From an uncultured Gammaproteobacteria bacterium (lineage in GTDB: Bacteria > Patescibacteriota > Microgenomatia > Levybacterales > GWA1-39-11): 64,000 bases of DNA. The stretch's first letter is position 1, and each line of letters begins with the position of its first letter. Both the position numbers and the translations under genes were made by a program. This document shows positions 20,774-29,836 of the stretch, one piece after another. The notes beneath the pieces are model-generated. The model saw nothing but the letters and a program-made list of their open reading frames with translations, was not told the DNA's origin and did no database searches. The stretch lies in assembly GCA_964472415.1 (NCBI GenBank), contig CAYYLC010000004.1, positions 33,110 to 97,109 of the forward strand. The letters run 5' to 3'.

Positions 20774-20982
20774 AACCTGTAATTTGATGAGTATCTACTC
20801 TACGCATCACAACAGAAAATCATTTTGTGATTCTTGTTGCATGAAGTAGAGAAATACTCAAGACCGAACCAGACCTGGAGGGAGTTTAAATATATGTGCC
20901 AAAAAGCACTCGTCGGTTTTCACGCCGTGCATTATTTATTCTCCCTCCTTATTCTCACTCATTGATATACTTGAAACAAAAA

Positions 20983-21708
20983 TCACTCAAGACTTTTCAC
21001 GAAATCATATCCGAGAATTATTACGATCCTACTCTCACTCGACTCTCCTTCTGGCAATTCAGAAACAATTTCCCCTCCAATAACTTCAGAAATTCGCTCT
21101 GCCTCATGCTCAAATTCTTTATCAGAAGTTACGATCATTGTCTTTTCATATGGTTTATCATTTGCATCCAACCTATCGTCCACTGTCACAAATTCCAGTT
21201 CTTCTAACTGTTCCGTCGCGTCCTGAGTAATTCCTACGGTATTTGTTCCGTTCAGGATCAGCACACCCACCTCCTGAAATTCTTCCGGCGTAGGTGTAAT
21301 ACGCGCACTTTCTCCAATACCCTCTGGGGAATAATGTCCAGCATGTACAACTTTTTTAATAGTAGGCCGATAGATTACGCCCAGTTGAGAGTTTCTATAA
21401 AGTAATATCCTATCCCCATTCTGTGCTTTGTGAAAAAAATTATCATCAGGAAGATTTTCACGATCATTAACTGTCGCGATTGTCGGCACTTCATCTGGCA
21501 AAAGGTATTTCTCCTCTACTTCCCGGAGAAGCACTTCAATATCCTCTGAAGAGCCGGCTTGTTGAATATTTTGAGATTTGAGATTGAATCGCTGAATAAT
21601 CTGAGGAGAAAAGAATACCACACCACCCAAGAAGAAAAAGAGAGGGATGGCAAGAACTATAAACATCAAGCGGACACTTATTTCAAACGTATGAGAGTTC
21701 TCTGTCAT
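20983..21708 (-). CDS. Membrane protein with LytR C-terminal (LytR_C) domain
   Basis: EVPTIATV..., FFHKAQNGDRILLY, VLILNGTNTVG, IVIILGYD. Confidence 0.85.
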   Translation of the reverse strand: MTENSHTFEISVRLMFIVLAIPLFFFLGGVVFFSPQIIQRFNLKSQNIQQAGSSEDIEVLLREVEEKYLLPDEVPTIATVNDRENLPDDNFFHKAQNGDRILLYRNSQLGVIYRPTIKKVVHAGHYSPEGIGESARITPTPEEFQEVGVLILNGTNTVGITQDATEQLEELEFVTVDDRLDANDKPYEKTMIVTSDKEFEHEAERISEVIGGEIVSELPEGESSESRIVIILGYDFVKSLE

Positions 21709-21891
21709 TGATCCATATTATGGATTCTTAAAAATAAAGAGTCAAATTATCTGCTTATCATCTAAGCCGCCGCAGTCCATGAGAGGTAATCGAAATAAGA
21801 AGCAAGTTTTTTTATTCTGGGCAAGATTTTTTTAAAGGGGCTATGAAATCTTACTTCTCACGGACTGCACATGTAAAATCGGTTTAACCAA

Positions 21892-21969
21892 CTACTTTGC
21901 GTAGCTTGCTAAAAAGAAATATACGAGTTGGCGGGCGTGTTTTTTTGCATTTTTTACAACAGCTGCCAC
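21892..21969 (-). CDS. Putative 25-aa peptide MAAVVKNAKKHARQLVYFFLASYAK
   Basis: Very strong SD AAAGGGGGTGAGG just upstream of the GTG. Confidence 0.45.
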   Translation of the reverse strand: MAAVVKNAKKHARQLVYFFLASYAK

Positions 21970-22022
21970 TACACCTCACCCCCTTTCATAATTGCTTTAT
22001 AAGTAAATAGTTCCATAGCTAT

Positions 22023-22160
22023 CTAATCAATCCTTTTAATTTCATTGTCAAATTTCGGCATAGATTCCAATCGATCATAGGAAAACTCCTCCATCATGAG
22101 ATCAAAGATTTCAATATTTTCTGAAACGACTACAATTTCAAACTTTTGCTTAATTTTCAT
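22023..22160 (-). CDS. Putative 45-aa acidic peptide MKIKQKFEIVVVSENIEIFDLMMEEFSYDRLESMPKFDNEIKRID
   Basis: ATGA overlap with the upstream 60-aa ORF. Confidence 0.45.
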   Translation of the reverse strand: MKIKQKFEIVVVSENIEIFDLMMEEFSYDRLESMPKFDNEIKRID

Positions 22161-22339
22161 CTCATTGAATCAGTGACTTGCTCAAGATATGCCACACTAG
22201 CCCCGTCGGCATGAACATGTGGTCCTTCTACAAGAAAAAATGATGCGAGAAGAAATGATGCGATAAAAAGAAATGCTATTCTTTTGGGATGTGTGAAAAA
22301 TTTTCTATTTTGCCTCAATGAGCCGATTATTACTTTCAT
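22157..22339 (-). CDS. Small protein with signal-peptide-like segment
   Basis: Basic N-region, hydrophobic core, VHA|D cleavage-like site. Confidence 0.5.
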   Translation of the reverse strand: MKVIIGSLRQNRKFFTHPKRIAFLFIASFLLASFFLVEGPHVHADGASVAYLEQVTDSMR

Positions 22340-22400
22340 AGTTTTCTAGAATATACCCATTCAATCAGGTTCAGTTGAAGGGGTCAAATATAGTTTTATT

Positions 22401-22437
22401 TTGCATAATATTGTATATAATTGCATAATATTGTATA
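22401..22437. repeat. 17-bp direct repeat, candidate operator
   Basis: TTGCATAATATTGTATA at 22401-22417 and 22421-22437, immediately upstream of the HTH gene. Confidence 0.6.
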
Positions 22438-22446
22438 GTTAAAATT

Positions 22447-22722
22447 ATGGATAATTTTTATAATGTAAATCAAGCAGCCTTTATCATGAAAGTCCACCCA
22501 CTTACAATTCGCCGATATATTCGCGAAGGTGTATTGAAGGCGGTACGTCTCGGTGGAAATGTTCGGATAAAAGAACAAGATCTTCAGCATTTCATGCGCG
22601 ACTTTGAACCACGAAGCAAAAAAGAGACCTCGCCATTCCGAAAAATCTCACAACAAAAAAAATTCACTACGGCTGACCCATTTTTGAGGTTAAAAGGACG
22701 AGCAGTAACCGTTGACATATAG
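22447..22722 (+). CDS. Excisionase/HTH_17 DNA-binding protein (putative antitoxin)
   Basis: YNVNQAAFIMKVHPLTIRRYIREGVLKAVRLGGNVRI. Confidence 0.85.
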   Translation: MDNFYNVNQAAFIMKVHPLTIRRYIREGVLKAVRLGGNVRIKEQDLQHFMRDFEPRSKKETSPFRKISQQKKFTTADPFLRLKGRAVTVDI

Positions 22723-22727
22723 ACCAA

Positions 22728-23150
22728 ATGGCATTATCAAAAAAAGTTATTATAGCTCCGGATGCAATATATTCGTATATTGACAGAGCATCTGATAAAC
22801 ATCAGCAAGCTGTCGCATTTTTCCGCTATTTCTCAGAAGAACATTATCGCGTGTTTGTTGATATATTAAGTATTAATGATGTATACAATGATATATATAA
22901 ACGCATGAGCCAAGACCTAGCAAAAGACTTCCTCCGAATTGTCTCTCTCTCAGATATGAATCTTATATACCCTGATGAAGGGGAAATAAAAGCAGCAGTT
23001 AAAGCACTTATAAACTATCGCTCATTGGATCTTACTTTTTCTCAAGCAGCACTTTCAGTGGTAGCATCTCGAAGAAATATTAATCAAGTCGCAACTTTTC
23101 AAACACTTACTCCCCTTTTTGGACTCCAGACATTCTACCTTCCTATCTAA
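22728..23150 (+). CDS. PIN domain (VapC-like) protein with degenerate active site
   Basis: Fold-typical DRASDKHQQA, LTFSQAALSVVA..RNINQVATF; 5 nt after the HTH gene. Confidence 0.7.
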   Translation: MALSKKVIIAPDAIYSYIDRASDKHQQAVAFFRYFSEEHYRVFVDILSINDVYNDIYKRMSQDLAKDFLRIVSLSDMNLIYPDEGEIKAAVKALINYRSLDLTFSQAALSVVASRRNINQVATFQTLTPLFGLQTFYLPI

Positions 23151-23256
23151 CTATAGTTAATTGTATAGCAATAATATTTAAAGTATAGCAATATATCTTA
23201 ATTTTATCCTCACGTTGGTTTGGAAAAGAGATTTTTTTTGCTATAATTACCCTATT

Positions 23257-23327
23257 GCCTCTGTAGCTCAACGGCAGAGCGGCGGTTTTGTAAACCGTTG
23301 ATACGGGTTCGATTCCTGTCAGGGGCT
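23257..23327 (+). tRNA. tRNA-Thr (TGT)
   Basis: Cloverleaf; anticodon loop TTTGTAA; GGTTCGATTCC. Confidence 0.93.
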
Positions 23328-23399
23328 CACATAATTCAAACTTTGAGATAGCCCCTTTGCTATTAACTCAATATTTTTACTTATATAAAAAGGGCACAT

Positions 23400-24038
23400 T
23401 TATTTCCCTGCTTTTAGCCAATTTGCGCCAGCATATACTATTGGAGAAGACATTACACCCCACATCATTTTAAAAATAAGATACGGAACAGTCATTTGAA
23501 TTATGAAAGCACCAGTAAACTCAGGGGTTAATTTATAAAATGCGAGGAACATGAACACAAATGAGTCAATAGTTAGCGAAAGAAGTGTTGAAGCGTTTGT
23601 TCGTAACCAAAGGAATTTTCCCTCGGTTTGTTTTTTCCAAAAATTAAACGACCATACATCATGAAACTGAGATATCAAAAATGCAACGATTGATGCGGCT
23701 ACTATTCTGGCAGATGTCCCAAATATCGCACTATACTCTGCATCCTGAGTAAATCGACTCGCAGGAGGGAGCCATACAAAAAATATAATGAATGCCAGAA
23801 ACACCGTAAGTGTTACAACTCCTGCAATAACTAACTCCTGAGCCTTTCTCTTACCATACACCTCTTCTACAATATCTGTCATAAGAAATGATAATGGTAC
23901 AATAAGAAACGCTACAGATACCGCAAACGGGCCGAAGGGGATAATTTTCGCACCCAATACATTCATCCCAATCATAAACCCGATAAAAAGCCCAAAGATA
24001 ATAGAAAATCGCATATCGCGTGAAAGAGATAATTTCAT
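23400..24038 (-). CDS. Queuosine precursor transporter (YhhQ/VUT, DUF165)
   Basis: PLSFLMTDIVEEVYG, RIVAASIVAFLISQFHDVW, LWLRTNASTLLS..IDS. Confidence 0.92.
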   Translation of the reverse strand: MKLSLSRDMRFSIIFGLFIGFMIGMNVLGAKIIPFGPFAVSVAFLIVPLSFLMTDIVEEVYGKRKAQELVIAGVVTLTVFLAFIIFFVWLPPASRFTQDAEYSAIFGTSARIVAASIVAFLISQFHDVWSFNFWKKQTEGKFLWLRTNASTLLSLTIDSFVFMFLAFYKLTPEFTGAFIIQMTVPYLIFKMMWGVMSSPIVYAGANWLKAGK

Positions 24039-24109
24039 TGCTAGAATTCTAACAAATAGAAGTTAGCTCGACAAGAGAAGATATTTTCTAACTATATTCA
24101 AAGACAAAG

Positions 24110-24143
24110 AAAAAGCCCCGTGCGAAAATATATGCACGGGGCT
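24110..24143 (-). terminator. Rho-independent terminator
   Basis: AGCCCCGTGC/GCACGGGGCT stem, followed by a T tract on the minus strand. Confidence 0.8.
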
Positions 24144-24211
24144 AAAAATAAATTCTCCATGATAGAAATCCTTGATCCGACAGCAATTGTCGGAATAGTA
24201 TATTTCACACG

Positions 24212-24485
24212 GTTCGTTGGCAAAGAGCTACCTTCGCCTGATGAAGCCTTGCTTTCCCCCACAAGGCGTCGAGATAGCACGAATTGACGTGCTTCGCTCT
24301 GCTAACCTCACGCCTTTCCGGGCTGCGAAGCGATTTGCTTCGCGTTCCAGATATACAGCGCGCTGCTTTTCTGTCATCTGACTCGAGCTATCCTCGAGTC
24401 TCTGACTATACTCATCCCTGGGCGGCAACACACCCTCCTAGTGGTGTTTCTAGGCCAGAACTACTTCTGGCATTCTCAACGAACA
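24212..24485 (-). ncRNA. Candidate highly structured RNA (ncRNA, or structured mRNA of the 67-aa ORF 24228..24431)
   Basis: Closing helix GTTCGTTG/CAACGAAC enclosing at least 6 GC-rich hairpins; begins right after a consensus promoter. Confidence 0.5.
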
Positions 24486-24490
24486 CAATA

Positions 24491-24518
24491 ATTATATATA
24501 ATATTATAGGTTTGTCAA
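24491..24518 (-). promoter_or_regulatory. Consensus sigma70 promoter
   Basis: TTGACA-16-TATAAT. Confidence 0.75.
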
Positions 24519-24557
24519 GGGGTGAACTGCAGTATCAGAAGGGACACCTTAAGGGAT

Positions 24558-25154
24558 TTATTTATCAAACTCAAAAATACCATAAAAACTCCTTGCATCA
24601 TCAGATCCAGCATATGAATGCAACGGCTGAGGTCTTAGTGTTCGCGCTGGAAGAATGACCTCTTGTTCGGGCTCTATCATCTTCTCTCCAATAATTAACC
24701 CGTTCACTGTCTCGAGAAATTGCCAACTGCGCTCTGATGAGTCCTCATCTGGCAACGACAATCCTTGTTCATCTTTGACATCCAATATGCCATTTTCTTT
24801 CGTAGATATATCCACAAAATGATGCTCGCCATTTACCACCATCCCTATATAGAGCTCTTCGCCATACTTAGTCTTATTATAAGCTGCCTGCACCTCTCCC
24901 TCATCTTCGTTATTAAGCTGAAATTTAAATGTATTTTTATAAGAATTCTCATTTATCCATTCTCCACTTTCCTGAAGGGATTCTAAAAACGGAAGCGCAA
25001 GCGCATCATTCAATACTTTAGCTGCACGCCCTTGAATAGCTTCGCAACTCAATTGATGAGATTCCATGTTCGAATCTGGGGTTGTTTCTCTAGGAGACGA
25101 ATGATCCAAAGCATCGGGAGATACTCTGTATGATAAATCCTCAATTCTAGACAT
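24558..25154 (-). CDS. Hypothetical acidic protein
   Basis: 198-aa ORF with no recognisable motif. Confidence 0.65.
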   Translation of the reverse strand: MSRIEDLSYRVSPDALDHSSPRETTPDSNMESHQLSCEAIQGRAAKVLNDALALPFLESLQESGEWINENSYKNTFKFQLNNEDEGEVQAAYNKTKYGEELYIGMVVNGEHHFVDISTKENGILDVKDEQGLSLPDEDSSERSWQFLETVNGLIIGEKMIEPEQEVILPARTLRPQPLHSYAGSDDARSFYGIFEFDK

Positions 25155-25354
25155 CTACTTATAGAAAATCACACTCTTCTCCTCTCTGTCAAGAGCTTTT
25201 TCAAAAAAATTTAAACCGAAGACTCCGATTTTTAAGGGATTTAGGAAGAAATAGTGACGGGAAAGATATACAGAAAATTCTGCATAAAACGACTAACGTC
25301 GCACTCCTCCCGCCACTAAAAATGGCACCACCTCAATTCTTTTTGCTTATAGAC

Positions 25355-25789
25355 TCAGACTTTACAAGGTCTAAAACGAACACTCATCAGACAATTTCTA
25401 TCTGGCCGCAAATCACGACATTTAAAATGCCAGATATTTCGCCCTTCCTCTCGCTCACCATTCTGGAACTCACTATTCTGCAACTCAAGAATGGGCTGGA
25501 GAGAAACAGGAACTGGAAGACTATCACCCTCAAGGATGATTATGACTTCAGAAATATACCCCCTCTCATCGAAAACGTGAGGAGAGATCTGCACTGTGTA
25601 TGCTGCACAAGAAACTTGGAATCCTCTCTCAGAAGGCTTCTCATCAAGAAGATTGACAAGATCACCCCCATAAAAAACAGGGATGCTTAGAGACTCGATA
25701 AGAGCCATAGGCGGCTCCCATGGTTCTGTCTGAGGATGGTGCGATGATGATTGCATAGCCTCGGTTGAAATGACCTGCATCGAGTTCAT
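25355..25789 (-). CDS. Hypothetical protein
   Basis: GAAGGGA SD before the ATG; 144 aa. Confidence 0.55.
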   Translation of the reverse strand: MNSMQVISTEAMQSSSHHPQTEPWEPPMALIESLSIPVFYGGDLVNLLDEKPSERGFQVSCAAYTVQISPHVFDERGYISEVIIILEGDSLPVPVSLQPILELQNSEFQNGEREEGRNIWHFKCRDLRPDRNCLMSVRFRPCKV

Positions 25790-25816
25790 TCTTCTATCCC
25801 TTCTCGCGACAATCGC

Positions 25817-26122
25817 TCATGTATGTCTTGAATCGTACTGATACGTACTAATTCGAAACCATACTCCATACTCTATCAAAGAATATGGTGGTTCAGAATC
25901 AGAGCGCAAGCTCAGCGCTAAATAGTGCTGGAATTGCAATCTTTCACTCTTCTTTATGAATTGTGGCGGGGTTGATTCCTGTTCTACACAGCAGAAAAAA
26001 GATCGTACTATTACCCGACCTCTTATCTTGATAAATTCCCTCCCAACATGTGATTCGTAAAGCAAAAAGTATTGCTCCACGAGAAAAAGACGAGAGATCC
26101 TCCTCCTCTTTTCATGGAGCAA
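25817..26122 (-). CDS. Hypothetical protein
   Basis: 101-aa ORF co-oriented with its neighbours; weak support. Confidence 0.35.
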   Translation of the reverse strand: MLHEKRRRISRLFLVEQYFLLYESHVGREFIKIRGRVIVRSFFCCVEQESTPPQFIKKSERLQFQHYLALSLRSDSEPPYSLIEYGVWFRISTYQYDSRHT

Positions 26123-26420
26123 TTTGAAGTGATGTTAATGTACTCTTTCTGATTCGAAATTAATCTTGCAAATTAGAGATAATTTGAATCAAATCGAAAG
26201 TATATTATATACCTTCCTGCAAGATTTATTGCAAATAAGAAATGTGGTGGGAAATAAAAGATTATCTCCTACGAGAACAGCAGATAATAACTATCTCCCA
26301 CCACGAATTTTACCCTCTATGAGGGTACCGTATTTCCTCTGAAAATCGGTGTTATAATGCACCCTTATCTCTTTTTCTAAGAGATAATAAAATCCAGAGC
26401 AAGCTGAATTGTCGACATGT

Positions 26421-26819
26421 TCAGATAGATACGGCAAGGAAAAAGGAATAGCTCCTCCGAAAAAGTCCGGGGAACATTGCCATACCCTGGCTATCAAATC
26501 GTGTCACATATGGGTAGCCACGACCTGATTTTCTCACGAGAACTAACTGGACCTTCTCAAAGAAAAGGGCATGTTGTACCTGAAATTGACTCTGCACTAA
26601 CTGCAGACTGCAATGGATGTCAATCTCCCCTTTCTCCGTCTTGGTCGGCTGAATTGTAAAACTCAGCAGACACTGGGTGAAGGAATGGGATTGGTGAGAT
26701 TGATTTGTGTCTATGCGCAGGTCCCGCGCATAAACCTCTTGGACTATTTCCGAAACTTGCATCGCCTGAGTCTTGTACCGAATCACAACGCCTCCTCGGC
26801 AAACTTCCTTGCCAAACAT
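26421..26819 (-). CDS. Hypothetical protein with prealbumin/carboxypeptidase-regulatory-like C-terminal motif
   Basis: TRFDSQGMAMFPGL..SYSF resembles the TD..G.F.F.gl..g.Y pattern. Confidence 0.4.
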   Translation of the reverse strand: MFGKEVCRGGVVIRYKTQAMQVSEIVQEVYARDLRIDTNQSHQSHSFTQCLLSFTIQPTKTEKGEIDIHCSLQLVQSQFQVQHALFFEKVQLVLVRKSGRGYPYVTRFDSQGMAMFPGLFRRSYSFFLAVSI

Positions 26820-27106
26820 TTTGAGACATGATCCCCACAGGCATTGCAGTACTCCTCCTGCATTTGTTGAAAATGATGTTCGTATTCTACGATTGCTCGT
26901 AGGTCACCTTGGACTTTTGTGCTCCATCCACAGGAGCACAAAATACTCCACTTGCCATCCTCAAGTTCTCTCACCTGCACCATTTCGTGTTGTGCAGGCA
27001 CTATGCGTCTTTGAGACACTGATCGACTCCTTTCATTGTAAATACGTGTGATTTCTGCCTCACGAGGAAAACGCATCTCTTGCGTCCTCTTCATGAGGCA
27101 GAACAT
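26783..27106 (-). CDS. Small Cys/His-rich (Zn-binding-like) protein
   Basis: CSCGW...EHH...CNAC...H..C. Confidence 0.5.
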   Translation of the reverse strand: MFCLMKRTQEMRFPREAEITRIYNERSRSVSQRRIVPAQHEMVQVRELEDGKWSILCSCGWSTKVQGDLRAIVEYEHHFQQMQEEYCNACGDHVSKCLARKFAEEAL

Positions 27107-27113
27107 AGAGGGC

Positions 27114-27211
27114 TGTTAAAGAGCAATTCCCCCAACTAATAACCCATGCAAAACGGATTTATATCGGGGAAATTCAGATGTAAAGTATATCAAATAATTA
27201 GTATTATGTCA
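27114..27211 (-). promoter_or_regulatory. Sigma70 promoter, hairpin and exact rrn-type boxA
   Basis: TTGACA-17-TATACT; TTTCCCC/GGGGGAA stem; TGCTCTTTAACA at 27114-27125. Confidence 0.65.
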
Positions 27212-27256
27212 ATGACTATGGGATTATTTTTGAACGTAAGTCTATAAGATTTTATG

Positions 27257-27328
27257 AGCCGAAGGTGGGATTTGAACCCACGACTTACTCTTTACGAAAG
27301 AGTTACTCTACCTCTGAGTTACTTCGGC
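27257..27328 (-). tRNA. tRNA-Thr (CGT)
   Basis: Cloverleaf GCCGAAG...CTTCGGC; anticodon loop TTCGTAA. Confidence 0.95.
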
Positions 27329-27906
27329 ACAATAATTTTCAAATTATAACAAAAAATTATCCTTATCTCCTTCTCAAAGAATAATTATTTCTTCGCCTCA
27401 AATTATTGAAAAAGAGAGGAGGTACGTATATACATTCAGCCTCACGAATATATTATCAAATATAGTCAAATTACATCAATTTACAACCGATCTATATCAG
27501 AGACTTGAGGGAATTTTGTTATCAACTTAATTTGAGGTGAACAAAACAATACGAATCACATGTTGAGGAATAATATCTGGCTCCCAAGTCTTTATAACGC
27601 ATCGATTTCCCCTTATATCCAGGTGAGTAGGACTCATCCGCCAACCAAGGCTGACAGATATATGGCCCGTACACTCGAATAAACTGAGATTACTCGTATT
27701 GATTAGTCGTAGAGAAAAACAATTATGCGTTTTAAAGAGCTTTAGAGCCATAGCCAGAATACCCTAGAACCAGAATAAAGTCAAGCAAATATACTGAAAA
27801 TTTTATCTATCATTATTTATATAGAAATATAACTTACAGTATAGTAATAATTCATATTTTTCTATCACATTCTCACAAAAAATATCTATTTTTGCTAAAA
27901 TAACAT

Positions 27907-28686
27907 ATGGATCTTGTCTCTCTTACTATACTCTCGCTCATAGAGGGGGTCACTGAATTTCTCCCTATATCTTCAACTGGGCACCTTATCCTTGCTTCAA
28001 ATCTCTTGGCACTCCCAAATACTGACTTTCTCAAAACATTTCAAATCGTTATCCAGCTCGGCGCAGTACTTGCAGTAATACATCTATACTGGAAACAAAT
28101 ATATCAAAATCCTAGTCTCCTCAAAAAACTTGTCTTCGGCATGACTCCGACTATTATTGTAGGGACAACTCTCTATCCTATTCTCAAAAGTGTCTTATTA
28201 GAAAGCAGTCAAATTGTATCAATCAGCCTTATTATTGGAGGAATTCTCATTATTTTTATAGAACACAAGCTCAAAAAGTATGAAAGGGGCATACGAAAAT
28301 CTACACAAGAATTGCAAAATATCACTAACAGGCAGGCATTTATTACAGGTCTGACCCAAAGCATCGCAATAATTCCAGGAGTCAGTCGTTCTGGTGCCAG
28401 TATCTTTGGCGGAATGCTATTTGGGATGAATAGAAAAACTGCGACCGAATTCTCATTCCTTCTCGCACTTCCGACGATTGCTGCCGCGAGTGGATTTGAT
28501 CTTATTCAAACTGCGCCATCTTTCTCTCAGAAAGAAATACTATATCTGATAGCTGGAATCATGCTCTCGTTTATCGTAGCGCTATTCGCCATAAAATGGC
28601 TCCTCAAATATATAACCACGCATTCTTTTGTGGTATTTGGATGGTATCGAATTATTCTAGGGATAATCTTTCTTATAATCCTATAA
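27907..28686 (+). CDS. uppP: Undecaprenyl-diphosphatase BacA/UppP
   Basis: EGVTEFLPISSTGHL, IQLGAVLA, PGVSRSG, EFSFLLALP. Confidence 0.96.
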   Translation: MDLVSLTILSLIEGVTEFLPISSTGHLILASNLLALPNTDFLKTFQIVIQLGAVLAVIHLYWKQIYQNPSLLKKLVFGMTPTIIVGTTLYPILKSVLLESSQIVSISLIIGGILIIFIEHKLKKYERGIRKSTQELQNITNRQAFITGLTQSIAIIPGVSRSGASIFGGMLFGMNRKTATEFSFLLALPTIAAASGFDLIQTAPSFSQKEILYLIAGIMLSFIVALFAIKWLLKYITTHSFVVFGWYRIILGIIFLIIL

Positions 28687-28996
28687 TATTGACTTTAAGG
28701 TAAAATCTAGCATACTTGCGCCACATTATCGAGGCAAATATATTGCACTACTTACTCACGATGATCGCTTCCCCGTCTACTCGGCGAGATACAAATTCTT
28801 TAACAATTCTCTTACGCACTTGTCCCACGGAAAGATGGCACTCTTATATTATCGTCTGTTCGTGGAAAAAACAAAATCAAAGCCCTAAAAGAGGAAAGGG
28901 GCACCATGTGTAGAAGGAGAGAGCTTGTTTTTCCCTACACGCCAACCTATTTTATAGATTTCACCCATGCTAACGAGTATGCTATAATCCCCTCAA

Positions 28997-29641
28997 ATGC
29001 CATCAAAATACGTTTTACGAGACTTCAAGCAGGGTGAATACTACCACGTCGCAAATTATGGCGTAGACAAACGGAGTATATTTGAAGATGAAGAGGATTT
29101 TAGAACCTTTCTCTACTATCTAAAAGTATATCTACTTCCCAAAGAAACACTTGAAAAAATGCCCAATCTCCCCAAACGAATGCTCTCAAAAAATAGACAT
29201 TCAGAGGTAGAGCTTCTCTCATATAGCCTCATGCCAAACCATTTTCATTTATTACTGGGCGAAAAAGAGCTCGGCGGAATATCCTTAATCATGAAGCAAC
29301 TCTCAAATGCGTACACCAAGTATTTTAATGAGCGCCACAAACGCTCCGGTAGCTTATTTGAAGGCCCTTTTAAAGCCGCACATGTCAAAAGCGATGAAAT
29401 CATACAAGTCACCCGCTACATTCACCTAAACCCATTCCTTGCGGGACTCGTAGATGATCCTGATAAATACCGCTGGTCTGACTTTCCAACGTACACAAAT
29501 TCGCAAGAGGTGAATATCTCAAACACAAGCCCAGTACTTTCACAATTCAATACGCCAGCTGACTACAAACATTTTGTGCATAACTACATGGACTATGCTG
29601 AAAAAATAAAGGGACTCGACCACGTTTTAATAGATAATTAA
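28997..29641 (+). mobile_element. REP-associated tyrosine transposase-like (RAYT / Y1 HUH) protein
   Basis: YYHVANYG, LMPNHFHLL (HUH), YTKYFNERHKRSGSLFEGPFK, YIHLNP, YRWS. Confidence 0.88.
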
Positions 29642-29836
29642 AGCTATCTATATCAAACTTCTCTTTTCTTCTACCATCTCACTCAAACTACAGAAAAAAT
29701 TCTGTGAACATTTCATAAGAAAAAGCTCCACCGAAGCTCTCTCAACAAACAGATATCCAAATAAAATAAGAGGATATGCAACAATTCCGCTGCACATTTT
29801 AAAAAAAAGATTAGGAGGAAAGCAGCTTAGATGAAT

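Noticed and set aside
24039-24109. preQ1 riboswitch upstream of the queuosine precursor transporter
   Set aside because: No recognisable stem plus A-rich tail; the short leader is cut off from the structured RNA by a terminator
24110-24485. tmRNA, RNase P RNA or retron msr-msd
   Set aside because: No T-arm/CCA tRNA-like domain, no GAGGAAAGTCC P4 motif, and no adjacent RT
18570-27256. att-site duplications of tRNA 3' ends
   Set aside because: No repeat of the tRNA-Tyr or tRNA-Thr 3' sequences found by eye
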